Shown here one piece after another: positions 44,364-54,302 of a DNA stretch of 64,000 bases (its first letter is position 1; each line of letters begins with the position of its first letter). This stretch comes from a virus (taxonomy: Duplodnaviria > Heunggongvirae > Uroviricota > Caudoviricetes). The position numbers were made by a program, and so were the translations under genes. The notes beneath the pieces are model-generated. The model did no database searches and had not been told where the DNA came from. It saw only the letters and a program-made list of their open reading frames with translations. Location: the IMG/VR virus record IMGVR_UViG_3300029996_000255; one strand, 5' to 3'.

Positions 44364-44576
44364 ATGAAGAAGAAAATTTTAGCAGTTGTATTAGGATTGA
44401 CATTATGCTTTGGATTATCTGGATGTGCGAATAAACATGAAACAATCACTATAAGTAGTCATGATGATTTTATCTTTGATGATATTACTATCAATTTGAA
44501 AGAAGGATATTGGGTAAGAGATTATAATATTGACTATGAAAATGGGGTTGTAATCATAAATTTGGACAAAGATTAA
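44364..44576 (+). CDS. small lipoprotein (signal peptide MKKKILAVVLGLTLCFGLSGC with lipobox LSGC); candidate superinfection-exclusion-type surface protein
   Basis: lipobox read from the translation; TAGGAGAATAAATCAT ATG. Confidence 0.55.
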   Translation: MKKKILAVVLGLTLCFGLSGCANKHETITISSHDDFIFDDITINLKEGYWVRDYNIDYENGVVIINLDKD

Positions 44577-44675
44577 GAAGCACAAGAATCCGACATTTCA
44601 TGGTAAGTTTAACACTACATATACTGGTTAGATAAAATAATAATAACAAGATATAGTATAGAAAGGAAAAACATT

Positions 44676-45188
44676 ATGAGTAAAACACTAATTGTAATTG
44701 ATATGCAGAATGACTTTATTGATGGCTCACTTGGCACAAATGAAGCACAGAGTATTGTACTTAATGTGGCAAAGAAAATCAAGGAGTACAGAGAAAATGG
44801 TGATAGTGTAATTTTTACAAGAGATACACACCCAAATAATTATTTAGAAACATATGAAGGAAAGCATCTCCCAGTTGTCCATTGTGTAAAAAATACAATC
44901 GGATGGCAGATTTCAGATAAGTTAGATTTTGATATTGAGAATGACGTAGTTATTGATAAGCCGACTTTCGGATGGACACATTGGGATGATTTTGATTTTA
45001 CAGAAGTAGAAGTTTGTGGTCTTTGTACAGACATTTGTGTAGTGTCAAATGCACTTATGATTAGAGCAAATTATCCTAATATTGATATTACAGTGGATGC
45101 AAGTTGCTGTGCAGGTGTTACACCTGAGACGCATAAGGCTGCATTAGAGACAATGAAGATGTGTCAGATTAACGTGATTGGAGAGTAG
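44676..45188 (+). CDS. pncA: isochorismatase-family cysteine hydrolase, nicotinamidase (PncA)-like
   Basis: LIVIDMQNDFIDGSLG N-terminal motif, catalytic Cys in VCGLCTDICV, Zn-binding H...H. Confidence 0.7.
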   Translation: MSKTLIVIDMQNDFIDGSLGTNEAQSIVLNVAKKIKEYRENGDSVIFTRDTHPNNYLETYEGKHLPVVHCVKNTIGWQISDKLDFDIENDVVIDKPTFGWTHWDDFDFTEVEVCGLCTDICVVSNALMIRANYPNIDITVDASCCAGVTPETHKAALETMKMCQINVIGE

Positions 45189-45191
45189 AAT

Positions 45192-46028
45192 ATGATTAAA
45201 ATTAATGGTGAAATTGTAGCAATCAACAAGTTCCCAGATGGAACACCAAGAGTAAATATTGATACAAACAACATCGAGGAAGACACTTATGATGGCTCTC
45301 CTTGCATTTGGATTGAATGGATTTATGAGAGTAACGATGAGATGTTTTATCTGATGTTAGTAAGGAAACATCTTGAAAGATTTTTTACTAATGTGGATTA
45401 TTATTTATATCTTCCATATATTCCTAATGCACGAATGGATAGAGTAAAAAATGATGATGAAGTATTCACATTGAAGTATTTTTGCGATTTTATCAATTGG
45501 TTAGGATTTTCATCAGTTTATGTTTTAGATGCTCATAGCGATGTTTCTACTGCATTACTCAATAATTGTGTAAAAGAAAATCCAAAAGAGTATGTTGATA
45601 AAGCTATTTCAAAGATTGGCATGAGAAATCTTGTACTTTATTTCCCAGACGCAGGTGCAGCTAAGAGATATTCAGATTTATTCCCTGAGTTACCATATTG
45701 TTATGGTGAAAAGAAAAGAGATTGGAAGACTGGCAAAATCCTTGGATTAGACATTATAACAAATGGTATTGATTTGAAGGACAAAGCTGTGTTAATGATT
45801 GATGATATTATCGCATATGGCGGTTCACTTTATTATAGCGCAGAAGAATTAAAGAAGATTGGTGTAAATGAGATTTATGCTTATGCAACACATACAGAAA
45901 ATTCAATTCTTGATAAAGAAAAGGGTACGTTGATTAAGTCTTTGGAGAATAATACAGTGAGAGCATTATTCACAACAAACAGTATTTTTACTGGCAAGCA
46001 TGAAAAGATTACAGTTATGGAGGTTTAA
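45192..46028 (+). CDS. ribose-phosphate pyrophosphokinase (PRPP synthetase)-family protein; candidate ADP-ribose pyrophosphokinase (Adps) of an NARP1-type NAD+ reconstitution pathway
   Basis: PRPP/phosphoribosyl-binding loop VLMIDDIIAYGGSL; adjacent to a NAMPT homolog. Confidence 0.65.
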   Translation: MIKINGEIVAINKFPDGTPRVNIDTNNIEEDTYDGSPCIWIEWIYESNDEMFYLMLVRKHLERFFTNVDYYLYLPYIPNARMDRVKNDDEVFTLKYFCDFINWLGFSSVYVLDAHSDVSTALLNNCVKENPKEYVDKAISKIGMRNLVLYFPDAGAAKRYSDLFPELPYCYGEKKRDWKTGKILGLDIITNGIDLKDKAVLMIDDIIAYGGSLYYSAEELKKIGVNEIYAYATHTENSILDKEKGTLIKSLENNTVRALFTTNSIFTGKHEKITVMEV

Positions 46029-46032
46029 AATT

Positions 46033-47493
46033 ATGGATAACACAATGGCTTTATTACTTAGTGATACTTATAAGCAGTGTCATGATCGTATGTACCCAAA
46101 GGGATTAACTAAGTTAGTCTCATATTGGGTGCCTCGTAAATCAATGTTGGAAAATCAGAATCATATGGTTTTCTTCGGATTACAGGCTTTTATTAAGGAA
46201 TATCTAATTGGATATTTCCAGAAGAATTTCTTTGAATTATCAGAGAATGAGATGTTATCTCTTTATACAGATTCAATGGATGTGCAGATTGGCAGAGATA
46301 ATTACGACTTAGAGAAGATTGTAGAACTTCACAGACTTGGTTATCTGCCACTTGAAATTAGAGCTTTACCAGAGGGAACACTTGTACCAATGGGAGTTCC
46401 TTGTATTGAAATTACCAATACAGATGACAAATTTGCATGGCTTGTTCAGTGGATTGAGTGTATCCTTCAGGTTGAATTATGGAAGCCTTGCTGTCACGCA
46501 ACTATTGGTCATATGTATCGTGAGATTGCAGATTATTGGTATAACAAAACAACAGACGGTTTACCTGGCAATATGGCTTGTGCCGATTTTGGTATGAGAG
46601 GTATGTCTTGTATGGACGAAGCTACAAGATGTTCTGCTTCATGGTTATTATCTTTCAATAAGACTTCAACTATTCCTGCCATTACATATATTGATAAATA
46701 TTACAATGCTGATTGTAAGAATAATGGTATTGGAATTGGTGCAGTGTCAACAGAACATTCCGTAATGGGAGCAAATTACTCAATTGATGGTGATGAGATT
46801 ACATTTGTTAAGAGATTGCTTACAGAATTATATCCAAATACTTCATTCAGTATGGTTTCAGATACTTATGATTATTGGAATATGGTAAACAATATTCTTC
46901 CACAGTGCAAGGAAGAAATTATGAATCATAATGGCAAGTTACTTGTTCGTCCTGATAGTGGTGATATTGTAGAGATTTCAGTTAAGACAGTAGAAAGATT
47001 ATGGGATATCTTTGGTGGTTCTATCAATGGCAAGGGTTATAAGGTGTTAGATCCACATATTGGTATTATCTATGGTGACGGATGTACTCTTTCTAATGTA
47101 GAAACTATTTGGAAAGAATTAGAAAAGCGTGGATTTGCAGCTAATAACATTGCTTATGGTGTAGGTGCATTTTGTTTTACAGCTATTGTCGAGAATGGAA
47201 AGATGATTGTTGTTACAAGAGATACTTTTGGAATTGCAATGAAGGCTACTTATGGAGTTATTGATGGTAAGAAGCTTATGATCTTCAAAGATCCGAAGAC
47301 TGATACAAGCCATTTAAAGAAATCTCATAAGGGGTGTTGCAAAGTATATGAAGAAGATGGAGAACTGAAGTGTCAGGATCAGTTACTCGATATGAATGAA
47401 GATAGTTTGCTTACAACTGTATTCAAGAATGGAGAATTAGTAAGAGAGGATACATTTGAGGACATTAGGAACAGAATGTATGGAGGAAAGTAA
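46033..47493 (+). CDS. nadV: nicotinamide phosphoribosyltransferase (NAMPT/NadV) family protein; candidate Namat
   Basis: N-terminal LLLSDTYKQCHDRMYPKG...VSYWVPR pattern and ~490-aa size typical of NAMPT. Confidence 0.7.
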   Translation: MDNTMALLLSDTYKQCHDRMYPKGLTKLVSYWVPRKSMLENQNHMVFFGLQAFIKEYLIGYFQKNFFELSENEMLSLYTDSMDVQIGRDNYDLEKIVELHRLGYLPLEIRALPEGTLVPMGVPCIEITNTDDKFAWLVQWIECILQVELWKPCCHATIGHMYREIADYWYNKTTDGLPGNMACADFGMRGMSCMDEATRCSASWLLSFNKTSTIPAITYIDKYYNADCKNNGIGIGAVSTEHSVMGANYSIDGDEITFVKRLLTELYPNTSFSMVSDTYDYWNMVNNILPQCKEEIMNHNGKLLVRPDSGDIVEISVKTVERLWDIFGGSINGKGYKVLDPHIGIIYGDGCTLSNVETIWKELEKRGFAANNIAYGVGAFCFTAIVENGKMIVVTRDTFGIAMKATYGVIDGKKLMIFKDPKTDTSHLKKSHKGCCKVYEEDGELKCQDQLLDMNEDSLLTTVFKNGELVREDTFEDIRNRMYGGK

Positions 47494-47494
47494 T

Positions 47495-47902
47495 ATGGAT
47501 TTTTATCTTCAAGCCAATAATTCCTACAATAGATTAGAGGAAGAATTTAAGAAATATGGCAAGCTTATTTTTTGTGTAGATTTCGATGATACGATTTATG
47601 ACTTCCATAAGAAGGGTAGGACATATGAGAATGTCATTAATCTTTTACAAAGATGGGAGAATTATTCAGAGATAATTATTTTTACTGGGAATGGTGAAGA
47701 TAAATACGGAATGATTGAGCAGTATCTAAAGGACAACAATATCAAGTATAGAGGTATCAATTGTGACGCATCTGTAGCTTTTGCAAGTAGAAAAATATAT
47801 GCAAATGTTTATATTGATGACAGAGGCGGTTTAATTCAGGTGTACAATGAATTACTTACATTGATTGAGAAGATTGAAAAAGGAGAGATAAAGCATGAGT
47901 AA
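47495..47902 (+). CDS. HAD-superfamily hydrolase-like protein (motif I FCVDFDDTIY)
   Basis: DxDxT motif; GGAAAGTAAT ATG. Confidence 0.5.
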   Translation: MDFYLQANNSYNRLEEEFKKYGKLIFCVDFDDTIYDFHKKGRTYENVINLLQRWENYSEIIIFTGNGEDKYGMIEQYLKDNNIKYRGINCDASVAFASRKIYANVYIDDRGGLIQVYNELLTLIEKIEKGEIKHE

Positions 47903-48638
47903 TTTTGACGCAAAGACAGTAAAGAATGAAGTAGTACAGTGGATCAGAGATTGGTTTGAGAAGAATGGCAAGGATTGTAATGCAGTAGTTGGGATTTCAG
48001 GAGGTAAGGACTCAAGTGTTGTAGCTGCTCTGTGCGTAGAAGCTCTTGGAAAGGATAGAGTGTTTGGTGTACTTATGCCACAGGGAGAACAGTCAGACAT
48101 TAGTTATTCTCATATGCTTGTTGAACATCTTGGAATTGATAGTTGTGTTGTTAATATTGGTAACACAGTTCGTACATTAAAGCATGAGATTAAGCCACAG
48201 TTAGGAGATCATTGGTCAAAACAGACATCTACAAATCTTCCAGCTCGTATCAGAATGGCTACACTTTATGCAGTATCTCAGACAATCAATGGTCGTGTTG
48301 CTAATACGTGCAATCTTTCAGAGGATTGGGTAGGTTATGCGACCAGATATGGAGATGCAGCAGGTGATTTCAGTCCACTATCGCAGCTCACAGTTTCGGA
48401 AGTTAAGGCGATTGGTCGTGAATTAGGACTTCCATCTGAGTTAGTAGATAAGACACCTACTGACGGTCTTTGTGGAAAGACTGACGAGGACAACCTTGGA
48501 TTCACTTATTACACTCTTGATAGATATATCAGAACAGGGGAGATTGATGATGAGGATGTAAAAGCGAAGATTGATTCAATGCATGAGAAGAATTTATTCA
48601 AGCTTCAGCTTATGCCATCATTTCATCCAAATTTTTAA
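47895..48638 (+). CDS. nadE: NH3-dependent NAD+ synthetase (NadE, PP-loop ATP pyrophosphatase)
   Basis: GISGGKDSSVVAAL PP-loop; typical ~245-aa size. Confidence 0.8.
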   Translation: MSNFDAKTVKNEVVQWIRDWFEKNGKDCNAVVGISGGKDSSVVAALCVEALGKDRVFGVLMPQGEQSDISYSHMLVEHLGIDSCVVNIGNTVRTLKHEIKPQLGDHWSKQTSTNLPARIRMATLYAVSQTINGRVANTCNLSEDWVGYATRYGDAAGDFSPLSQLTVSEVKAIGRELGLPSELVDKTPTDGLCGKTDEDNLGFTYYTLDRYIRTGEIDDEDVKAKIDSMHEKNLFKLQLMPSFHPNF

Positions 48639-48894
48639 AAAAATATATATTATATATAGTGATACATAAAGACAAATACAACTATATATAGTGTTAAATT
48701 GAAAGCGATATTTCATTAGTTTGTAGGAGTTTATTACGGGCTTAGGATTTAGATGGTTTAAAGATTATAAAATATTAGATTCTGGTGAAACATATCAGGC
48801 ATTTGGACATTGTTATTATGATGAATACTCAATTAAATATATCAACTGCGACTCTACATCTCATTCTTATTATAATGTAAGTCTGGTAAGAGAA

Positions 48895-49119
48895 TTGTTT
48901 GAAAAGACGATTGGTGTTCAGTTCCCTAAATTACCAAACGAGGAGTGGATTGACTCAAAGAATTATAAATTAAAATTAATTGAACCAATCGACATGTCCA
49001 AATATTGTGAAAAGATACTAGAGGGAACGGAAGTCGATGCTATTGATATGAGAAATAGATTTGAATGCTTTAAAAAGTTATCAGATCAAGGATATTATAT
49101 AGCGTATGATTGGGAATAA
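48895..49119 (+). CDS. hypothetical protein
   Basis: ORF track. Confidence 0.45.
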   Translation: MFEKTIGVQFPKLPNEEWIDSKNYKLKLIEPIDMSKYCEKILEGTEVDAIDMRNRFECFKKLSDQGYYIAYDWE

Positions 49120-49589
49120 CACCATTTTATATGGTTGCAGGAGGTAAAATAGTGAAAATTAAAGATAAAATACGAGACAAATTAAAACAATGGTTATTTT
49201 CAAAAGAGTTATCAAAATTTGAATCGGCTGAACAGAATTATAAAGATGCAGAAGACTTATATAATAGGGCAAAAGGGTATCTAAATGCTGCAAAGGATGA
49301 ATATAGCTGGTCATTTAAATTAGTTGATGATTGTCATAAGCTAATGAATTCTATGATAGACGTTGGAACAGATGTAGGATTTCTTTCTAATGAGCATTCG
49401 TGGGCGGTTGTATGTATTAAAGGTCATCCAGAATATGTGAAATTTATTCCATTGTCGCATAAAGACGCACGAGATGTATTGGATTTTCTGAAACATTTTA
49501 AATATTCAGATAGAATTGTAGATTCTTCATTTGCGTTTAGAGGTATGGTTGACCATTATATTGTGGAAAATCCGTTTTTGAAAAAATAA
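49110..49589 (+). CDS. hypothetical protein (possible GTG start at 49152 after GCAGGAGGTAAAATA)
   Basis: ORF track. Confidence 0.5.
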   Translation: MGITPFYMVAGGKIVKIKDKIRDKLKQWLFSKELSKFESAEQNYKDAEDLYNRAKGYLNAAKDEYSWSFKLVDDCHKLMNSMIDVGTDVGFLSNEHSWAVVCIKGHPEYVKFIPLSHKDARDVLDFLKHFKYSDRIVDSSFAFRGMVDHYIVENPFLKK

Positions 49590-49737
49590 AGCTATAATGA
49601 AATTTTGGTTTCTTGGCTTGTCACGAAAACTACACAATATTCGAGACAAAAAGAGAATATAACAATATAATTACAAATTAATGAAAGGATTAGAGTTCAC
49701 ATGTGAGTAAAGCTGCGCAGCTACCAGGTGAACAAAT

Positions 49738-50610
49738 TTGAAAAATACATATATCAAATCGCCTCTAAATTATGTCGGAGGCAAGTATAAGTTACTGCCA
49801 CAGATTATACCCCTTATACCAAAAGATATTAATACATTTGTAGATTTATTTGGTGGTGGATTTAATGTTGGGATTAACATTGAAGTAAAGCATTTGGTTT
49901 ACAATGATATTTGTAAACAGGTGGTAGATTTATTGGAACATTTCTACAATAATGATTCTGAGTATATTCATAATATGATTTTAAAAACCATATCTGATTT
50001 TGGATTAAGCAGGTCTGATCTTAATGGTTATGAAGTATATGGATGTGAGTCAAGTAAAGGTCTTGGCGAATATAATAAGCCTAAATACTTTGAATTAAGA
50101 AAAGCATACAACTCTAATCCTGATTGGATTAAATTCTATACACTTATAACGTGTTCGTTTAGTAATCAGATACGATTCAATTCTAAAGGTGAATTTAATA
50201 TGCCTTATGGAAAACGTGATTATAATATTTCCCTACAAGAAAAATTAAAGACTTTTGTTGATGAAATGCATAAAAAAGACATTCAATTTTGGAATAAAGA
50301 TTTTAGAGAATGTAATTTTTTTGCAGACGATTTTATATATGTTGATCCACCATATTACAACTCAGTTGCTACTTATAACGAAAATGGCGGTTGGTCAGAA
50401 CAGGACGAGAAAGATTTGTTAAGTGTGTTAGATGTTGTGGACAAGCATGGCAGATTTGCACTAAGCAACAATCTTAAATATGATAATCCGTTATTAGATG
50501 AATGGAAAAATAAATATAACATTCATTATCTTAATGGTGATTATAGCAACTGTAATTATCAGAAAAAGGACAAGAGTGCCGATTGCGAGGTATTAATCAC
50601 AAATTATTAA
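49738..50610 (+). CDS. dam: Dam-family (D12 class) N6-adenine DNA methyltransferase
   Basis: SPLNYVGGKYKLLPQI, DLFGGGFNVG and YVDPPY motifs. Confidence 0.75.
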   Translation: MKNTYIKSPLNYVGGKYKLLPQIIPLIPKDINTFVDLFGGGFNVGINIEVKHLVYNDICKQVVDLLEHFYNNDSEYIHNMILKTISDFGLSRSDLNGYEVYGCESSKGLGEYNKPKYFELRKAYNSNPDWIKFYTLITCSFSNQIRFNSKGEFNMPYGKRDYNISLQEKLKTFVDEMHKKDIQFWNKDFRECNFFADDFIYVDPPYYNSVATYNENGGWSEQDEKDLLSVLDVVDKHGRFALSNNLKYDNPLLDEWKNKYNIHYLNGDYSNCNYQKKDKSADCEVLITNY

Positions 50611-50626
50611 ATAGGAGAATAAAAAC

Positions 50627-50827
50627 ATGAGAATGTATGAATGCACCAAAGAATTTAAAACAACTCTATTTGATAAAAATGAGTTAGAAAGAATAAAAAT
50701 AGAAATTGGTTCTGTTTGGTTTGTAGCAAAAAAATTATCAGATGGTAGATATATTCTCAGTAATAACAAAATAGAACTTATTCTATGTGAAAATTTATTA
50801 AAAAATAATTTTGAGCAATACGGATAG
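50627..50827 (+). CDS. hypothetical protein
   Basis: ORF track; TAGGAGAATAAAAAC ATG. Confidence 0.45.
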   Translation: MRMYECTKEFKTTLFDKNELERIKIEIGSVWFVAKKLSDGRYILSNNKIELILCENLLKNNFEQYG

Positions 50828-50992
50828 TTTTATTAAAATCCCAATCTCTGAAATGCCCTAAAATCAAGGCTTTCAGAGGTTGAAAACAGCAAGAATTAAA
50901 AGAATATATAAATGTAATTACAAAAAATATTAAGAAAGGTATAGGTTTCTTGCAAGAATTAAACAACGTTGTACCTTTTTGAAAAAATAATA

Positions 50993-51514
50993 ATGATTAA
51001 TAGTCAAGAAGTATTATATAGTAAAGGAAATAATGACGAATGTATGACACCAAATTACGGTGTTAAACCGATAGTAAAATATATACCAAAAGAAGCAACG
51101 GTTTGGTGTCCATTTGACAAGGAAAATAGTGAATTTGTTAAACAAATTAGAGAAGCAGGTCACAAAGTAATCGCTACTCATATAGATAATGGACAAGACT
51201 TCTATACATATGAACCTGATGAGAACTGGGATTGTATTGTGTCTAATCCACCATTTACTAATAAAAGAAAAATCTTTGAAAGAGCATTAAGTTTTGGCAA
51301 ACCATTTGCGCTTATTGCACCCAATACTTGGTGGAATGATGCAGCTCCATATCATTTGTTTAAAGATAAAGAATTACAAATATTATCTTTTAACAAGAGA
51401 ATGAAATTTTTAAATAATGGTGTTATTCAAAATAAAATCACTTTTATGAGTGCTTATTGGTGCTATAAATTATTACCTAAACAAATTGTATTTGAGGAGT
51501 TATATATGGAATGA
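50993..51514 (+). CDS. small phage-type N6-adenine DNA methyltransferase (MTP..., IVSNPPF motif IV)
   Basis: NPPF motif; ~170 aa as in T1 Dam-like phage methyltransferases. Confidence 0.55.
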   Translation: MINSQEVLYSKGNNDECMTPNYGVKPIVKYIPKEATVWCPFDKENSEFVKQIREAGHKVIATHIDNGQDFYTYEPDENWDCIVSNPPFTNKRKIFERALSFGKPFALIAPNTWWNDAAPYHLFKDKELQILSFNKRMKFLNNGVIQNKITFMSAYWCYKLLPKQIVFEELYME

Positions 51515-51721
51515 TTAATATAATTGAAGATTTAGGAAAAATATATTATAAAAATAATTTTAAACAAAGAGTATCATGTGTTTTGGTAGAGTGTAATATC
51601 TGTAAAATTAAAAATATTATATCTAAAACACGATTTAAAAAATAAAGATGTATATATATGCAAACCCTGTGCTGCAAGAATAAAGTAGGAAAACCACGTT
51701 TCATTCGGGGGAGGTGATTGA

Positions 51722-51883
51722 GTGGATACATCATGTGAAACTTGTAAATGTAATACCTGTAAGATGAATGAAAATGGTGGCATTTATGGTGGATGTTTCG
51801 ATTGTGAGGATTGCAAAGAACAAAATTTATACAGTGAAGATTGTTCAATGTATGAATATGACAAATATAGACTGAGTAATTAG
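51722..51883 (+). CDS. small Cys-rich protein (53 aa)
   Basis: GGGGGAGGTGA RBS; preceded by a CGTTTCATT element. Confidence 0.35.
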   Translation: MDTSCETCKCNTCKMNENGGIYGGCFDCEDCKEQNLYSEDCSMYEYDKYRLSN

Positions 51884-51895
51884 GAGAATAACAAT

Positions 51896-52174
51896 ATGAA
51901 CAAAAGACAGAAAAAGAAATTATTTAAGCAGACACTTATCAAGGTTAGAAAATTGCATCCACAGAAGGGCGATGTAATTTGTTTTCAGTTAGATTTAGAT
52001 CGGGTTGATGCTGAAACTATGTGCCAGTTTATGAAAGTTTATTCGAATAATGATGTTTTCGGTGAATCGAAGTTAGCTTTTGTACCTGTTGATATTAAGC
52101 AACTTAAACATAAAAAGGACGCTCAGATATATATTGACAAGTTACAGAGTATTGTAGATCAGATGGGAGAATAA
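51896..52174 (+). CDS. hypothetical protein
   Basis: ORF track; TAGGAGAATAACAAT ATG. Confidence 0.5.
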   Translation: MNKRQKKKLFKQTLIKVRKLHPQKGDVICFQLDLDRVDAETMCQFMKVYSNNDVFGESKLAFVPVDIKQLKHKKDAQIYIDKLQSIVDQMGE

Positions 52175-52178
52175 AACT

Positions 52179-52403
52179 ATGGGTAAAGTTGTAGATATGA
52201 GTAATTTTGATCCGTTATTTGATAATTTGGAAAAGTATGTGAATAAACAAGGATGTACTCTCGGTAAAGACGCTGAGAGATTACAAAAGTTATTATATTC
52301 AATTCAGTATTGTTATATACATGGAGTATTAACAGATAGTCAAAATGAATCGGCTTGTAAGAAATTTAGAAAACAATTTCAGAAAGCTTTATATGAGAAA
52401 TAA
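52179..52403 (+). CDS. hypothetical protein
   Basis: ORF track. Confidence 0.45.
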   Translation: MGKVVDMSNFDPLFDNLEKYVNKQGCTLGKDAERLQKLLYSIQYCYIHGVLTDSQNESACKKFRKQFQKALYEK

Positions 52404-52486
52404 GAAAGAAGCATTTCTTTCGAGTTTTTGAATGACAAAGAGAGAATAAATATATAGAAAATAGAAAGAGAGGTACTGAAAATTTG

Positions 52487-53089
52487 ATGACTCATGAATT
52501 GTATGATGACATACCAAATGCAAATGCTACACCAGAAATGCATTATAGATATGCACATAGATATGATAATTTGAATACTGATATGCTTAAGAATACAGGA
52601 ATCAAAATAGTTAAAAACAATTTTATTCAAAATGATTTGAATAAAAAAGTTGAAACAAAATTAGAGAGAATACATATCTTCTGTGAACATTGTGATTCAG
52701 AATTGGAAATTTCTAAAGAAGATACCCATATTGGATGGCTTGGTGCAGCATTTGTTAAGTGTCCTTGTTGTGGACAAGAATCAATGGTTGATGAATTAGA
52801 AGGAATCACATTAACAAAAAACAATATTGATTATCCTATACATTTCAATAGAACTAACAAGGATCTGAGAAATGTTGTTGAAGTGAAAAAAGATGAAGTA
52901 ATTAAAGAAATTCAGAGAGGTATTGATTATTTTAGAGTAAATAAAAATGAGTTCTATTGGTATACATGTCATGGAGACTTGTTTTTAATTGTATTCAGGT
53001 ACGAAGGTGATGAGGAATATTTTGTCTTAGTAACAAGAGATTTTTACGAGACAGATATTCCCTTTGAAAAGGAGGATTATAATGACTGA
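52487..53089 (+). CDS. hypothetical protein with CxxC...CPCCG zinc ribbon
   Basis: AGAGAGGTACTGAAAATTTG ATG. Confidence 0.55.
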   Translation: MTHELYDDIPNANATPEMHYRYAHRYDNLNTDMLKNTGIKIVKNNFIQNDLNKKVETKLERIHIFCEHCDSELEISKEDTHIGWLGAAFVKCPCCGQESMVDELEGITLTKNNIDYPIHFNRTNKDLRNVVEVKKDEVIKEIQRGIDYFRVNKNEFYWYTCHGDLFLIVFRYEGDEEYFVLVTRDFYETDIPFEKEDYND

Positions 53090-53131
53090 TTTTAAATTTA
53101 CATATTTCCCCGATGACGATAGTATTGAGAA

Positions 53132-54037
53132 TTGGGAGTGAAAATTATGAATAAACCTACATTGTATATCATGTGCGGTTTGAGTGGTAGTGGCAAGTCA
53201 ACCATTGCCGCTCAGATTGCCAACGAGAATCCAAACACAGTAATTGTATCATCAGATGCAATTCGTGAAGAATTGACAGGCAATTACGAAGACCAAGAAC
53301 ATAATGAAGAAGTGTTTAAATTTTTCACGATAGAATCCGCAAGAATTTAGAGAATAAAAAGAATGTAATTGCTGATGCAACTAATCTGACTATGAAATCT
53401 CGCAGAACAATTATCATGAAAGTAAATGGTTTTAAATGTCAGAAAAGTATGTGTAATTATTCCAAAGCCATTTGAACAGTGTAAAGAAGATAATTTACAT
53501 AGAGAACATCCTGTACCTAACTTTGTGTTGGATAAGCAGATTAGAAAATTTCAGATTCCGTTCTACGAGGAAGGATTCGATGAGATTATTATTCATAAAT
53601 TTCATAATACTAATGCAATGACTACAGGTGAATTGATTGCTAAAATGAAAGATTTTGACCAGAAGAATCCCCATCATACTATGACTTTGGAAAATCATTG
53701 TTTTAATACATATGATTTATTTACAGAAAAAGAATATAAGGCTGAATACAATATGGGAGCAGTTCTTCATGATTATGGCAAATTATACTGTCAGATCATT
53801 GATGAAAATGGTATAGCTCATTATTATGACCATCCATCTGTCGGCTGTTATTTGGTTTTAGAGAGCTTAGTGGAAGAGTTTAATAAGGTTGTTTTAGATA
53901 TATGTTTCCTCATCAATTACCATATGATGCCTTTTAGTTGGGATACTGATAAAGCAAAGCAGCGTTGGAAAGAAAGGTTTGGAGAATATAAATATAAGAT
54001 GCTTTTAGATTTCAATGAATGTGATAAAGCGAGGTAA
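53132..54037 (+). pseudogene. P-loop kinase (GLSGSGKST; ...NVIADATNL...RRTII...) fused to an HD phosphohydrolase (H...H, LHDYGK, YYDHP). It is interrupted by two compensating frameshifts at homopolymers, a -1 shift near 53320 (T5) and a +1 shift near 53437 (A4), so it currently reads as three ORF pieces
   Basis: conserved kinase segment is readable only in the alternate frame between the two shift points. Confidence 0.5.
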
Positions 54038-54041
54038 GTGT

Positions 54042-54233
54042 ATGAGATCGGAGATTAAAAGACGACAATTTTCTGAAAATCATCAATCTTGGTTCTCCCA
54101 CGATTATGCTTGTTGGGCAAATAATCACAATGGTTGGAGAAAGATGAAAAAGAAGAATCGTAGATTATTTAAAAAGAAGTATAGAAGAGAAGTTGAGAAA
54201 GATATTAATAAAGAATTGAATGATATGCAATAA
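54042..54233 (+). CDS. small basic protein
   Basis: GCGAGGTAAGTGT ATG. Confidence 0.45.
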   Translation: MRSEIKRRQFSENHQSWFSHDYACWANNHNGWRKMKKKNRRLFKKKYRREVEKDINKELNDMQ

Positions 54234-54302
54234 CAATAAATTCAGGTTTCCTTTGGACGCAAAGAGAGGATAGGAGTTAGAAAAGATAAAAGAGGTGAAT
54301 TA

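Noticed and set aside
51515-51721. Possible decayed zinc-ribbon gene in the 200-bp gap (frames reading ...CVLVECNICKIKN... and ...CKPCAARIK)
   Set aside because: Short, stop-interrupted fragments in different frames; could equally be chance in AT-rich DNA.
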